Translations under genes and position numbers: made by a program
Assembly: GCA_963664305.2 (NCBI GenBank)
Contig: CAXXLV010000002.1
Span: 1,716,428 to 1,780,427, forward strand
Length of the DNA stretch: 64,000 nucleotides
From: an uncultured Aliarcobacter sp.
GTDB lineage: Bacteria; Campylobacterota; Campylobacteria; Campylobacterales; Arcobacteraceae
Direction: 5' to 3'
Shown: positions 39,733 through 49,543 of the stretch, piece after piece
Numbering within the stretch: position 1 is the stretch's first letter
Layout of the letters: every line of letters starts with the position of its first letter
Notes under the pieces: model-generated
The model's input: the letters and a program-made list of their open reading frames with translations, nothing else
Told to the model about the DNA's origin: nothing
Databases searched by the model: none

Positions 39733-40983
39733 TTAAACTGCTAAAAGTACTATAAATAGTACTGGTGGTGTTATTATTAAACCAAATTTACTATATTGCC
39801 AAAAGCTAATTTTCACACCTTTTTTTGCTAAAACGTGTAGCCATAATAACGTAGCAAGGCTACCAAATGGTGTCATTTTTGGTCCAAGATTACATCCGAT
39901 AATATTTGCATAAGCTAAAGCTTGATTTGGTATATCAGTTAAAGCAATATCCATAATCATAACTGTTGGCATGTTGTTCATTATTGCACTTAAAAATGCT
40001 GATATAAATCCTGTACCAATTATTGCTATACTGTCACCTCTTGATGCCAAATCTTTTAATATTATTGTTAAATAGTCAGTTAATCCTGCATTTTTTAATC
40101 CGTAAACAACTATATAAAGTCCTATACTAAACCATACAACTTGCCATGGTGCCTCTTTTATAATATGTTTTGGTTCAACTGTTTTAGTAATACTTGCAAT
40201 AATCAAAAAAATAATTCCTCCACCTAAAGCAAAAACAGATATTGGTAAATCAAAAGCATCACCTATAAAATATCCAACTAAAAGCAATCCTAAAAATATC
40301 CAAGAAAAATAGAATAAATTCATATTTTTTATTACACTTTTTGGCTCTTTTAAAAGTGTTACATCAACTGTAGTTGGAATATCTTTTTTTAAAAGTAACC
40401 ACAAAAAAACTATCGAAGTAATTACACTTACAATAAATGGAACAATCATATTAAAAAAGTATTCCACAAATCCAATACTAAAATAGTTTGCCGTTACGAT
40501 ATTTGTTAGATTTGAAAATACAAATGGTAAAGAAGCACTATCACTTATAAATCCACCTGCAAGTAAAAAGGCAACTATTGTTTTTGTATTTAGTTTTAGT
40601 ATTCTCATCTTTGCTAATAAAATTGGAGTCAAAATAAGTGCTGCCCCATCATTTGCAAAAAGTGCAGATACAAAAGCCCCTAATAAAATAGAATAGATAA
40701 ACATTTTCAAACCACTTCCATTTGAAAACTTTGCCATTTTAAGTGCAGCCCATTCAAAAAATCCAATTTCATCTAAAACCATAGATAAAATTATAATTCC
40801 AATAAAAGCCAAAGTTGCATCCCAAACTATATTTGTTACAGCAAGTACATCATCAAAATTTACAACTTGAAAAATCAAAGCAACAATTGCACCTAAGATT
40901 GCAGTTGTTCCTATTTGTAAACCTCGTGGTTGCCAAATTACAAATATCAAAGTGATTAAAAAAATCAAACTAGCAATTAACAT
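39733..40983 (-). CDS. arsB: Arsenite efflux pump ArsB
   Basis: VIWQPRGL, ALFANDGAALILTPI, SNLTNIV, MNNMPTV, LGPKMTPFGSLATLLWLHVL. Confidence 0.95.
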   Translation of the reverse strand: MLIASLIFLITLIFVIWQPRGLQIGTTAILGAIVALIFQVVNFDDVLAVTNIVWDATLAFIGIIILSMVLDEIGFFEWAALKMAKFSNGSGLKMFIYSILLGAFVSALFANDGAALILTPILLAKMRILKLNTKTIVAFLLAGGFISDSASLPFVFSNLTNIVTANYFSIGFVEYFFNMIVPFIVSVITSIVFLWLLLKKDIPTTVDVTLLKEPKSVIKNMNLFYFSWIFLGLLLVGYFIGDAFDLPISVFALGGGIIFLIIASITKTVEPKHIIKEAPWQVVWFSIGLYIVVYGLKNAGLTDYLTIILKDLASRGDSIAIIGTGFISAFLSAIMNNMPTVMIMDIALTDIPNQALAYANIIGCNLGPKMTPFGSLATLLWLHVLAKKGVKISFWQYSKFGLIITPPVLFIVLLAV

Positions 40984-41340
40984 CTACTTTTCCTCATGCA
41001 TATCTAATATTTCTGATTTTAAAGTATAAATATAAGTATCAACTTCAATTTCATCAAATCTTTCTACTGTTACAGGTGTTCTTTCAAACTCGGCACCTTC
41101 AAACTCATCTAAACTATCCCAATGGTTTATTAAATTATCTGAATAAAATAAAAATCCATGAATAGTATCATTTCCTGCATCAAGCCTAATTCCAGGATAA
41201 CCCATACTTGCACTCCAACCGGCATCGATTAATTTTCCTTTTACAGTTGCAGGTACAAATTTTCCAACTATATTTTCTAATACATATGCATTTGGACAAT
41301 TTGGCATAAGCGTTCCATATACAAAAAGTGTCTCTTTCAA
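40984..41340 (-). CDS. Gamma-glutamylcyclotransferase-like (AIG2/YtfP/GGACT) protein
   Basis: LFVYGTL N-terminus, GYPGI, LDEFEG..FER..V catalytic-Glu region. Confidence 0.85.
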   Translation of the reverse strand: MKETLFVYGTLMPNCPNAYVLENIVGKFVPATVKGKLIDAGWSASMGYPGIRLDAGNDTIHGFLFYSDNLINHWDSLDEFEGAEFERTPVTVERFDEIEVDTYIYTLKSEILDMHEEK

Positions 41341-41342
41341 TT

Positions 41343-41657
41343 CTATTCCTTAGTTTCACAAGCTTTTTTTAGAGTTGGTAACTCTATTTGAAGCGTCATT
41401 ATCTCTTTTATACAACTTTGTCTAAATTCATCAAGAGGTGAACGAATACTATAATAAGCCCATCTTCCATCTCGTTCTAATTTTAAAAATCCAGCTTCTT
41501 TTAAAATCTTTAAATGACGTGAAAGTCTTGATTGAATCATTTCAAATGAGTTTTCCAAATCACAAACACAACATTTTCCATAAATATTTATAAACTTAAT
41601 TATCTTTACTCTTGTCTCATCATTTAAAGCACTAACTGTTTTTAAAAATATATCCAT
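41343..41657 (-). CDS. arsR: ArsR/SmtB family repressor
   Basis: ALNDETRVKI, CCVCDL metal site, QSRLSRHLKILKEAG, RDGRWAYYS. Confidence 0.93.
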   Translation of the reverse strand: MDIFLKTVSALNDETRVKIIKFINIYGKCCVCDLENSFEMIQSRLSRHLKILKEAGFLKLERDGRWAYYSIRSPLDEFRQSCIKEIMTLQIELPTLKKACETKE

Positions 41658-41681
41658 ACTTGCTCCTCAATGATTTTTGAA

Positions 41682-41728
41682 AGTTTAACATAAAAATATT
41701 AATATATCAACATATCTTGATATATTAA
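41682..41728 (-). promoter_or_regulatory. ars operon promoter with ArsR operator
   Basis: TTAATATATCAA-CATATC-TTGATATATTAA (41699-41728, ATCAA-N6-TTGAT core) overlapping -35 TTGATA; 17-nt spacer; TGT-TAAACT extended -10. Confidence 0.8.
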
Positions 41729-41743
41729 TTATAAAAATAGTAA

Positions 41744-42457
41744 TTACTTAAAAAAAGTAATTACTATTGGAAGAAAAATTGCAGTAAATATTCCACTTAA
41801 ACCCATTGCAAGTGCTGCAAATGCTGCTGCTTTTTCACTTATTTCTATTGCCCTTGCTGTTCCAATTCCATGTGATACAAGTCCAAGAGCAAAACCTTTT
41901 GAAGTTTCATATTTTACTTTAAAAATTTTAAACACTATTGTTCCAAATAAAGCTCCTACAATTCCAGTAATTAAAACAAATCCAACAGCAAGTGAAGGAA
42001 TAGCTCCAATTTGTTCTGACGTAATAATTGCAATTGGGGCAGTTATAGATTTTGTAGTCATAGATAAAATTGTTGGAAGATGTGCTCCAAAAATATAAAG
42101 TAAACTAACTGCAATTACTATTGAAAAAACTCCAGCTATAAATAGAGTTAAAACTATTGGTAAGAAAAGTGATTTTATATATTTCAAATTTTTATAAAGT
42201 GGAAGGGCAAGTGCAACAGTTGCAGGTCCAAGGAAAAAATGAATTATTTCAACACTTTTAAAATACTTTTCAAATGATGTATTTGTATAAACAATCAAAG
42301 ATAAGATAATCACATAAGCTATAATAATTGGTTGTAATAAAGTATGTTTATTAAACTTTTCATAAATTATTATCCCTAATTTAAATGCTGCTAATGTGAT
42401 AATTAGCCAAGTAAGTGGTGTTGAACTAATATAATTTGTTAATGCTTCATAATTCAT
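41744..42457 (-). CDS. lrgB: LrgB family membrane protein
   Basis: LGPATVALALPLY, KSITAPIAI, GLVSHGIGTARA. Confidence 0.92.
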   Translation of the reverse strand: MNYEALTNYISSTPLTWLIITLAAFKLGIIIYEKFNKHTLLQPIIIAYVIILSLIVYTNTSFEKYFKSVEIIHFFLGPATVALALPLYKNLKYIKSLFLPIVLTLFIAGVFSIVIAVSLLYIFGAHLPTILSMTTKSITAPIAIITSEQIGAIPSLAVGFVLITGIVGALFGTIVFKIFKVKYETSKGFALGLVSHGIGTARAIEISEKAAAFAALAMGLSGIFTAIFLPIVITFFK

Positions 42458-42800
42458 CTTTATTCACCTTTGAAGTTAAAAAATCCATAAATTTAGCTGC
42501 AAAAACCAAAGCTATTAAAGTTCCAAAAAATAGAGCTATAAATATAGCCCAAAACTCTTTTGTAATAATATCTATTTGAGTAATTATTCCCATTGCTGCT
42601 GGAATAAAAAGTAGTGGAAGATATCTTAAATGAAGTGCAACTGCATTATCAAGACTTGCAAAACTTCCTTTTTTAATAAGTAAAAAAACTAAAAGCAAAA
42701 TCATTCCAATTACAGGTCCAGGAACCAATAAAGTAAAAAGTTTTGCTATACACTCACCTAAAAATTGAAAAAACAATAAAATAATTATTCCTCTTAACAT
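42447..42800 (-). CDS. cidA: CidA/LrgA family holin-like protein
   Basis: FQFLGE..VPGPVIGMILL, LPLLFIPAAMGII; overlaps lrgB. Confidence 0.9.
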   Translation of the reverse strand: MLRGIIILLFFQFLGECIAKLFTLLVPGPVIGMILLLVFLLIKKGSFASLDNAVALHLRYLPLLFIPAAMGIITQIDIITKEFWAIFIALFFGTLIALVFAAKFMDFLTSKVNKDEL

Positions 42801-42909
42801 ATAAACGCCTTTTTGTAAAAGCTGTACTATACTAAAATTTTTCTTAGGAGAAAAAGTAAAATATTAAAAAGATTGTTATATAATCAAATACAAACTAGAA
42901 GGATACAGG

Positions 42910-45366
42910 ATGTATAACTTTTTATTTAAACTTTCAATATTAATTTTATTGGCATTAAATCTAAATGCATCCAAAACTGAAGTATTAAATAATAACATCA
43001 GTACAAATCTAGAACAACTATCTAATCAGTTGAAATATCTTCTTCCAAATTATAAAGATTCTTCAAATGATATTTCTAATCTTTTAAATATTTATTATCA
43101 ACACTATGAAAAAATCCAAGCTTTTGAAATAGTATTTAATAATAAAACAATTTACAGTTCTTATAAAAATGATTCAAATATTTTTATTTTAAAGGATGAA
43201 TCTTTACCTATTGAGATAAAAAAAACTCCTGAAATCTATGAAAAAAATATTTTAGATGAAGATAAATCTTTAGGAAAATTAATTGTTTATTTTATAAATG
43301 AAATTGACTTTACGCAAGAAGAGTTAGATTATTTAAAAAATAAAAAAATCTTAAAAATACAAAATGATTCAAATCTTACTCCATATAACTTCAATGAAAA
43401 TGGGATTGCAAAAGGTTATTCTATTGATTATATGAATTTAATTGCTAATAAATTAGCTTTAAGAGTTGAGTATATTCCTGGTATTTGGGATGATTTTTTA
43501 AATATGTTAGAAAATAATCAATTGGATTTGATGCTAAATGTTTTAAAATCAAAAGAGAGAGAAGAGAGATTTTTATTTTCTGATCTTCCATATCTTTTAC
43601 TAAGTCCTGCCATGATTACAAGAATTGGAGAAAGAGATTATCACTCTTTTAGTGAAATTGATGGGAAGACTATTGCTCTTGTAAAAGGTTATCATAGTTA
43701 TGATAGGGTAAAAAGAGATTATCCAAATGTAAAAATTTTTCCAACAGATAACACACTTGAAATGATAAAAGCGGTAGCAAATAAAGATGCTGATTTAGCT
43801 TATGGATTAAAAGATGTTTTAGAATACAACATAAATAAGCACCTAATCTCAAATTTAAAAATTTCAAATAATATTGATGATGAAAAATTTGGATTTTATA
43901 TCACATTTAATAAAGAGAATAAAATTTTAAAAAGCATCATACATAAAGCTGAAAAATTGATATCAAATAGTGAATTAGAAGAGTTAAATCAAAAATGGTT
44001 TAATAAAATAGTTCAGACTCAATTTAATGGAAAAAATTTCTTATTTTCAAAAGATGAAGTTGATTATTTAGATAAAAAGAAAAATATCTCAATTTGTGTT
44101 GACCCAAACTTTTTACCATATGAAAAGATAACAAAAGAAGGAAAATATGTTGGAATTATTTCAGATATTATAAAACAATTATCTCAAAACACTAATATAA
44201 AATTTGAATTAAATGTAACAAAATCATGGAATGAATCATTTGAAATGGTAAAAAATAAAGAGTGTGATATTTTACCTTTTGCTGTTCAAACAAATAGTAG
44301 AGAAGCTTTTTTTAACTTTACCCAACCATATTTAAAATTTCCAATAGTTGTTGCTACAAAAGATAGCGAATTTTTCATAAATTCATTAAAAGATATAGAA
44401 AATGAGAAAATTGGTTTGATTAAAGACTATGCACTTGTTGAAATTTTAAAATATAAATATCCAAATATTAATATTGTTGAAGTTGAAAATACTAAAGAAG
44501 GTTTAGATAAAGTAAATAAAAAAGAGATATATGCCTTTGTAGATTCTTTACCAAGTATTACCTATGCTAGACAAAAAAACAATATTCAAGATATCAGAAT
44601 TGCTGGAAAAATATCTGAGGATTTATTAGCAAGAATAGCTGTTAGAAATGATGAACAAATTTTATTAAATATTTTAAATAAATCTATAAATTCATTAAAA
44701 GATGAAGAAAAAGATAGAATTACAGCAAAATGGATTACAATTGTAAAAGAAAAACAGTTTAATTCTGAACTACTTATTCAAATTATTTCATCAATAGTTT
44801 TTATCTTTGTTGTTATTGTAATATTCCTAGTATATCGTTCTAATTTGAAATTAAATTCACTCAATAAAAAACTAGAAAAACTATCACAAACTGATAAACT
44901 TACTTCAATATTCAATAGAACTAAACTTGATTCTATTTTAGAAAAAGAGTTAAATGTTTTCAAAAGATATAAAGAACCTCTTAGCCTAATAATTGCTGAT
45001 ATTGATTTCTTTAAAAATATAAATGATACATATGGACATACAACAGGTGATATTATTTTAAAAGAATTTTCACAAATCTTATCAAAAAATATTAGAGAAA
45101 CTGACTATATAGGAAGATGGGGTGGTGAAGAATTTTTAATTATTCTTCCTAAAGCAAAAGAAAACAATGCACTAATTACAGCTGAAAATCTAAGAGTCGC
45201 TGTTGAAAATTTTCATTTCCATCACAACATAAGAATAACTGCAAGTTTTGGGGTTTATGAATGTAAAGAAGTAGATCCTACAAAATGTATTTCAAAAGCA
45301 GATAAAGCACTTTATAAAGCTAAAAATTCAAATAGAAATTGTGTTAAAGCTTATTCAGAGATATAA
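42910..45366 (+). CDS. Membrane diguanylate cyclase with two periplasmic solute-binding (SBP_bac_3-like) domains
   Basis: Signal peptide, two PBP repeats (PYNF..GYSIDY; PYE..GIISD), TM helix, TDKLT..DIDFFKNINDTYGH..RWGGEEF with RETD (RxxD) I-site. Confidence 0.9.
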   Translation: MYNFLFKLSILILLALNLNASKTEVLNNNISTNLEQLSNQLKYLLPNYKDSSNDISNLLNIYYQHYEKIQAFEIVFNNKTIYSSYKNDSNIFILKDESLPIEIKKTPEIYEKNILDEDKSLGKLIVYFINEIDFTQEELDYLKNKKILKIQNDSNLTPYNFNENGIAKGYSIDYMNLIANKLALRVEYIPGIWDDFLNMLENNQLDLMLNVLKSKEREERFLFSDLPYLLLSPAMITRIGERDYHSFSEIDGKTIALVKGYHSYDRVKRDYPNVKIFPTDNTLEMIKAVANKDADLAYGLKDVLEYNINKHLISNLKISNNIDDEKFGFYITFNKENKILKSIIHKAEKLISNSELEELNQKWFNKIVQTQFNGKNFLFSKDEVDYLDKKKNISICVDPNFLPYEKITKEGKYVGIISDIIKQLSQNTNIKFELNVTKSWNESFEMVKNKECDILPFAVQTNSREAFFNFTQPYLKFPIVVATKDSEFFINSLKDIENEKIGLIKDYALVEILKYKYPNINIVEVENTKEGLDKVNKKEIYAFVDSLPSITYARQKNNIQDIRIAGKISEDLLARIAVRNDEQILLNILNKSINSLKDEEKDRITAKWITIVKEKQFNSELLIQIISSIVFIFVVIVIFLVYRSNLKLNSLNKKLEKLSQTDKLTSIFNRTKLDSILEKELNVFKRYKEPLSLIIADIDFFKNINDTYGHTTGDIILKEFSQILSKNIRETDYIGRWGGEEFLIILPKAKENNALITAENLRVAVENFHFHHNIRITASFGVYECKEVDPTKCISKADKALYKAKNSNRNCVKAYSEI

Positions 45367-45391
45367 AATAGACTTTAAAAAGTCTATTTTA
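45364..45391. terminator. Bidirectional hairpin terminator
   Basis: TAAAATAGACTTT-AA-AAAGTCTATTTTA between convergent genes. Confidence 0.65.
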
Positions 45392-45396
45392 TTTTC

Positions 45397-45789
45397 TTAT
45401 GCAAGAGGATCTTCCCCACTTTCCCACGAAGCCAAATATTTTTCAACTAAATGAAAATCTTCACCTTTGTGCTCTGTAAAAGTTATATATTGATTTTTTT
45501 GAGATATACCAAAATTTTCTTTTACAATTTCCATATAACGAAGAGCTAATTCTCTTCTTTTTTCAATAGTTCTACCTTCTCTAATATCTAAATTCATTAG
45601 ACAGATGTCATCATTTATTTCTGCTCTACCTATTGTCAAAGAGTATTTATCATACTCTCTTATACTAATAGCTATATGATCAGTTCCTGTATCCATAATA
45701 TTTGAAAAACTCTCTCTTATTTGAGTTATAAACTCTTCTTTTGATTCGTTAGATACTTTTTTGTTTAATTCAAATTGTAAATGTGGCAT
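45397..45789 (-). CDS. Tautomerase/MIF superfamily protein
   Basis: N-terminal catalytic Pro (MPHL), two beta-alpha-beta units, REGRTIEKRREL. Confidence 0.8.
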   Translation of the reverse strand: MPHLQFELNKKVSNESKEEFITQIRESFSNIMDTGTDHIAISIREYDKYSLTIGRAEINDDICLMNLDIREGRTIEKRRELALRYMEIVKENFGISQKNQYITFTEHKGEDFHLVEKYLASWESGEDPLA

Positions 45790-45871
45790 AACTAATCCTT
45801 TATGATTTTTTCAAGCAATACATGATTATATGAAAAATAGTCTAATAAAGCAAATTAATTATTTTGTGATT

Positions 45872-45895
45872 ATATCAAGGCTTTTGCCTTGATAT
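45872..45895 (-). terminator. Hairpin just after TonB receptor stop
   Basis: ATATCAAGGC-TTTT-GCCTTGATAT perfect 10-bp stem. Confidence 0.55.
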
Positions 45896-45899
45896 TTAG

Positions 45900-47990
45900 T
45901 TAAAAAGTTTTTTTAATATTTAGTGTAACTTTTCTTGGTTCAGCTGAAAAAATTCTATAATCTTCAGTTCCTGATTCATAATATTTTTTATCAGTAAGAT
46001 TTTCAACATTTAAAGAAACTTCTAAATCTTTTAAAGTATAGTGAATACCTGTATCGTATCTAGTATATGAAGGTAATTCAACTCTTTTAGTTGAAGATGA
46101 ACTTGTATATACACTATCTTTATATACAACTCCTCCTGTAATACCAACTGTTCCATCATAAATTTTTGTTGGAATATTATATCTTGTAAATAAATATCCT
46201 GTTAATTTTGGACTATTTGCAGCTTCATTACCCACATCTTCACCCTCAAGATATTCTGACTTATTATACGCATATCCCGTTTTAAACTGCCAATTTGCTG
46301 TTGGTAACCATTGTATCTCAGCTTCAATTCCTTTTGTTTCTACTTCACCTTTTAATTCATAATAACCAGAAGAATTTTGCTCAGAAACATTGTATTTATT
46401 TATTTTATAAGCTGACAATATTGTATTTAATTCTTCTGATATATTTAATTTTGTTCCAACTTCAAATTGGTCTGATTTTTCTGAATCTAGTCCCTTTCCT
46501 GATTCATCAACTCTTTCTGCTGTACTTGGATTATAACTTTGTGCAAAACTTGTATAAACTGAAACTACATCATTTATATTATAAATTGTTCCAATAGAAC
46601 CTACAAAATCTGTTGAAAATTTAGTATTATCTTCTACACAATTTCCTCTTAAACAAGTATAATCAATCTTTGTTCTATCAACCCTTGTTGAACCAACCAA
46701 TGTAAGCTTATCTGTTACACTTATTTTATCTTGAATATATGTTCCAGCACTAAAATATTCTGTTTTTCTTCTATTATCAACAATATCTGTTGCAGTTCCT
46801 CCAAGGACTGGATTATAAATACTTACATTAGGAGTTACATTACTTCCATAAGCTATTCTTTCATAATCTGTTCTTCTATAATTCCCAGCTAGACCTAATA
46901 CAATATTGTTTTTCATATTTGCTATATCTGTATCAATATTTAAATTTGTATCAAAACTATGCCAATCTCTTTCATTATATTGATGTCTATTTCTTCTTGT
47001 TAATGTTGTTAAGGATACATCACTTGCTTGATTTACTTTTCTATTTTCATATAATTTTCTATCATCAGTATGAAAAACACTTCTCCAATCAAATTTGTAT
47101 TCAAGGTTATCATTTATGAAATGATCTAACTTTAAATCTACAGCTGTTCCTTCATCATTATCATAGTCATCAGATTCTTGGTAAACTGTATCAATAGGAG
47201 CAGCTGTTGAAATATCATGGTTTGCTACAAATAATCCATCATCAGCACTACCTTTTTCTTTTCCATATTCAAGAGCAACCAATAATGATGTTTGATCACT
47301 TACATTCCATAATAAACTAGGATAGATATATATATTTTCAAAATCTACATCTTCTCTATATGAATTTAGTTTTTCACCTACAGCTATAAATCTATAAAAT
47401 AAATTATTAGTTATTGGTCCTGTTGTATCTATTGTTGTTGTAATTCCATTATCTTCACCAAATTTCGATACATTTGACATATATGTTTGAAGTGAAGTTT
47501 CTACTGTAGTTTTTTGTACTGATTGAGGAAGTTTTGTCTGCATGTTTACCAGTCCACCTGGTTCCATTGCTCCATATAAAACTGAAGCTGGACCTTTTAC
47601 AACTTCAATTTTTTCTATATTTGCTGTTGATGGAGATCCCATTCTACTAATTAGACCTGACATTCCATTTACTTTCAGATTTTCTAAATCTGTTTGAAAT
47701 CCACGAATCATAATTGCATCTGCATTTTTTCCAACTTTTGTTACACCAGTTGTGTAATCATAAGTATCTTCTATTCTTTGAGCTTGTAAGTCATTTATTA
47801 ATGAATTTTTTGTTACTGAAATTGAATAAGGTGTCTCTTTATCTTTGAATTCGCCTTTCATACTTGTTGAAGAATATTCTTCAAAATATGATTCTTGTAC
47901 TCCTTCAATTACGATTTCATTTAATTCATCTGCAAAAACAAAATTTCCTAATATTAGTAGAGAAAGTGTTAAAAGTGATATTTTTTTCAT
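45900..47990 (-). CDS. TonB-dependent siderophore receptor
   Basis: Signal peptide, ETPYSISV, plug IMIRGF, IEKIEVVKGPASVLYG..PGG, NVENLTDKKY, C-terminal Phe; ATG 47990 follows AAGGA. Confidence 0.93.
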   Translation of the reverse strand: MKKISLLTLSLLILGNFVFADELNEIVIEGVQESYFEEYSSTSMKGEFKDKETPYSISVTKNSLINDLQAQRIEDTYDYTTGVTKVGKNADAIMIRGFQTDLENLKVNGMSGLISRMGSPSTANIEKIEVVKGPASVLYGAMEPGGLVNMQTKLPQSVQKTTVETSLQTYMSNVSKFGEDNGITTTIDTTGPITNNLFYRFIAVGEKLNSYREDVDFENIYIYPSLLWNVSDQTSLLVALEYGKEKGSADDGLFVANHDISTAAPIDTVYQESDDYDNDEGTAVDLKLDHFINDNLEYKFDWRSVFHTDDRKLYENRKVNQASDVSLTTLTRRNRHQYNERDWHSFDTNLNIDTDIANMKNNIVLGLAGNYRRTDYERIAYGSNVTPNVSIYNPVLGGTATDIVDNRRKTEYFSAGTYIQDKISVTDKLTLVGSTRVDRTKIDYTCLRGNCVEDNTKFSTDFVGSIGTIYNINDVVSVYTSFAQSYNPSTAERVDESGKGLDSEKSDQFEVGTKLNISEELNTILSAYKINKYNVSEQNSSGYYELKGEVETKGIEAEIQWLPTANWQFKTGYAYNKSEYLEGEDVGNEAANSPKLTGYLFTRYNIPTKIYDGTVGITGGVVYKDSVYTSSSSTKRVELPSYTRYDTGIHYTLKDLEVSLNVENLTDKKYYESGTEDYRIFSAEPRKVTLNIKKTF

Positions 47991-48061
47991 ATTAATCCTT
48001 GTAGTCAAAACAAATTTAAATTTGTTTTTAAAAACAGAATAATATGAAAAAAAAGATTAAT

Positions 48062-48090
48062 ACAATATTAATATAGATTATCAATATTGT
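48062..48090. promoter_or_regulatory. Putative Fur box / palindrome upstream of TonB receptor
   Basis: ACAATATT..AATATTGT arms enclosing minus-strand TGATAATCTATATTA (one good Fur half-site). Confidence 0.45.
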
Positions 48091-48092
48091 TA

Positions 48093-48941
48093 TTATTTAA
48101 ATAACTGATAGATCGAACTAAAATCTTCTTCACCTTTTCCTAACATTTTCATTTTAGAGAATAATTCTTTTGGAATTGCTGCACTATAAAGTGGTTTTTT
48201 TAATTCATAAGCTAAATTTTGTAATAGATGTAAATCTTTATTAATTGCATTATTTGAAAAATGAGCAGTAAAATCTTCATCTATTAATTTCTGAGTTTTT
48301 GCTTTAAGCACAAGTGATTGTCCACCACCTACTCCTAAAATTTCTAATGCTTTTGATTTATCAATTTCACAACTTTCAGCCATTGCAGTACACTCAGCAA
48401 TTGTTGCCATAAATGAACCTAAACATAAATTATTTATTAATTTCATTTTTGTTGCACTTGATGGTTTTTCTAAAAAGAATATCTCTTTTCCTATTTTTTC
48501 TAAAAGAGGTTTTACTTTTTCAAATACTTCTTTTTTTCCAGAACTCACTAATGTTAATTCACCTTTAAGTGCAGGTGCAACACTTCCAAATACTGGATTT
48601 TCTAAATAGTTTCCATCTAAAGAATTAACTGCATCATGAAACTTTAATACATCATCATAATGATTTGTTGTTAAATCAATAATTGTTTTTCCAACTAATT
48701 CATCACTTAGAAGTCCATTTTCTGCAGATAAAATATGACTTACAGCTTCGCTATCAAATAAACATAAAAAAATAACATCACACTTTAATAATACTTCTCT
48801 TGGTGTTTCAGCTTTTGCATAAGGTAAATCTTTTATTTTTTCTTTATTTCTATTATAAACTATTAAAGACTCACCAACTTCACTCAATCTTTTACAAATT
48901 GCTTGTCCTAAATTTCCTAATCCTATAAATCCTATTGACAT
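48093..48941 (-). CDS. NAD(P)-dependent oxidoreductase, beta-hydroxyacid (3-hydroxyisobutyrate/tartronate semialdehyde) dehydrogenase family
   Basis: IGFIGLGNLG, VYNR, PVFGS, KMKLINN catalytic Lys, KDL. Confidence 0.88.
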   Translation of the reverse strand: MSIGFIGLGNLGQAICKRLSEVGESLIVYNRNKEKIKDLPYAKAETPREVLLKCDVIFLCLFDSEAVSHILSAENGLLSDELVGKTIIDLTTNHYDDVLKFHDAVNSLDGNYLENPVFGSVAPALKGELTLVSSGKKEVFEKVKPLLEKIGKEIFFLEKPSSATKMKLINNLCLGSFMATIAECTAMAESCEIDKSKALEILGVGGGQSLVLKAKTQKLIDEDFTAHFSNNAINKDLHLLQNLAYELKKPLYSAAIPKELFSKMKMLGKGEEDFSSIYQLFK

Positions 48942-49027
48942 ATATACTCCTCTTATCTTTCTTCATGATTATATTAAAAATTCATTAAAATTACTTTTGT
49001 ATACTTCTCTTTTATAAAAGGGGAAAA

Positions 49028-49516
49028 ATGAATAAATTTTTAAAAAGAGATATTGCTACATCATTTACAGTATTTCTATTTTTAGTTATGGGTATAACTG
49101 GTATTTTTATGTATTTTCATATTTTGGATAATTACACTAAGCAAATGCATGAGATTTTAGGTTTAGTTTTTGTTTTAGTAATTTTCTTTCATGTCTTTTT
49201 CAACTGGAAAGCTATGAAAAGTTATTTTAGCAAAAAAGTTTTTTTTACTTCAGGAATTATTACAGCATTAATTGCTCTATTTTTTATTTTAAATGCAAAA
49301 ACGGGAGAAAATCCAAAAGCAATTTTAATAAATAAAACTTTATCTGCACCTATTGAAACTTCTTTTTTAATTTTTAGTAAAAGTATTGAAAATGCAAATG
49401 AGAAACTACAAAAAGCAGGAATAAAAGTAGAAAATGCAAATTCATTAAATGAACTTGCAAAACTAAATAAAACTTCACCATTTGAGATAATAACTATTTT
49501 ATCTCAAGAAAAATAG
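49028..49516 (+). CDS. DUF4405-like membrane protein (His-containing TM helices)
   Basis: GITGIFMYFH..MHEILG..FHVFFNW pattern with three TM helices and a soluble tail. Confidence 0.7.
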   Translation: MNKFLKRDIATSFTVFLFLVMGITGIFMYFHILDNYTKQMHEILGLVFVLVIFFHVFFNWKAMKSYFSKKVFFTSGIITALIALFFILNAKTGENPKAILINKTLSAPIETSFLIFSKSIENANEKLQKAGIKVENANSLNELAKLNKTSPFEIITILSQEK

Positions 49517-49543
49517 ATAAGAGAAGAACTCTTATCTATTTTT
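49509..49543. terminator. Bidirectional terminator overlapping both stop codons
   Basis: AAAAATAGATAAGAG-AAGAA-CTCTTATCTATTTTT. Confidence 0.7.

Noticed and set aside
36293..41728. ars cluster as a mobile element or genomic island
   Set aside because: No transposase, integrase, tRNA or flanking direct repeats were seen, and composition looks like the flanks.
41744..42800. cidA/lrgB as prophage lysis genes
   Set aside because: This is a common chromosomal pair, and no phage genes are present in the window.
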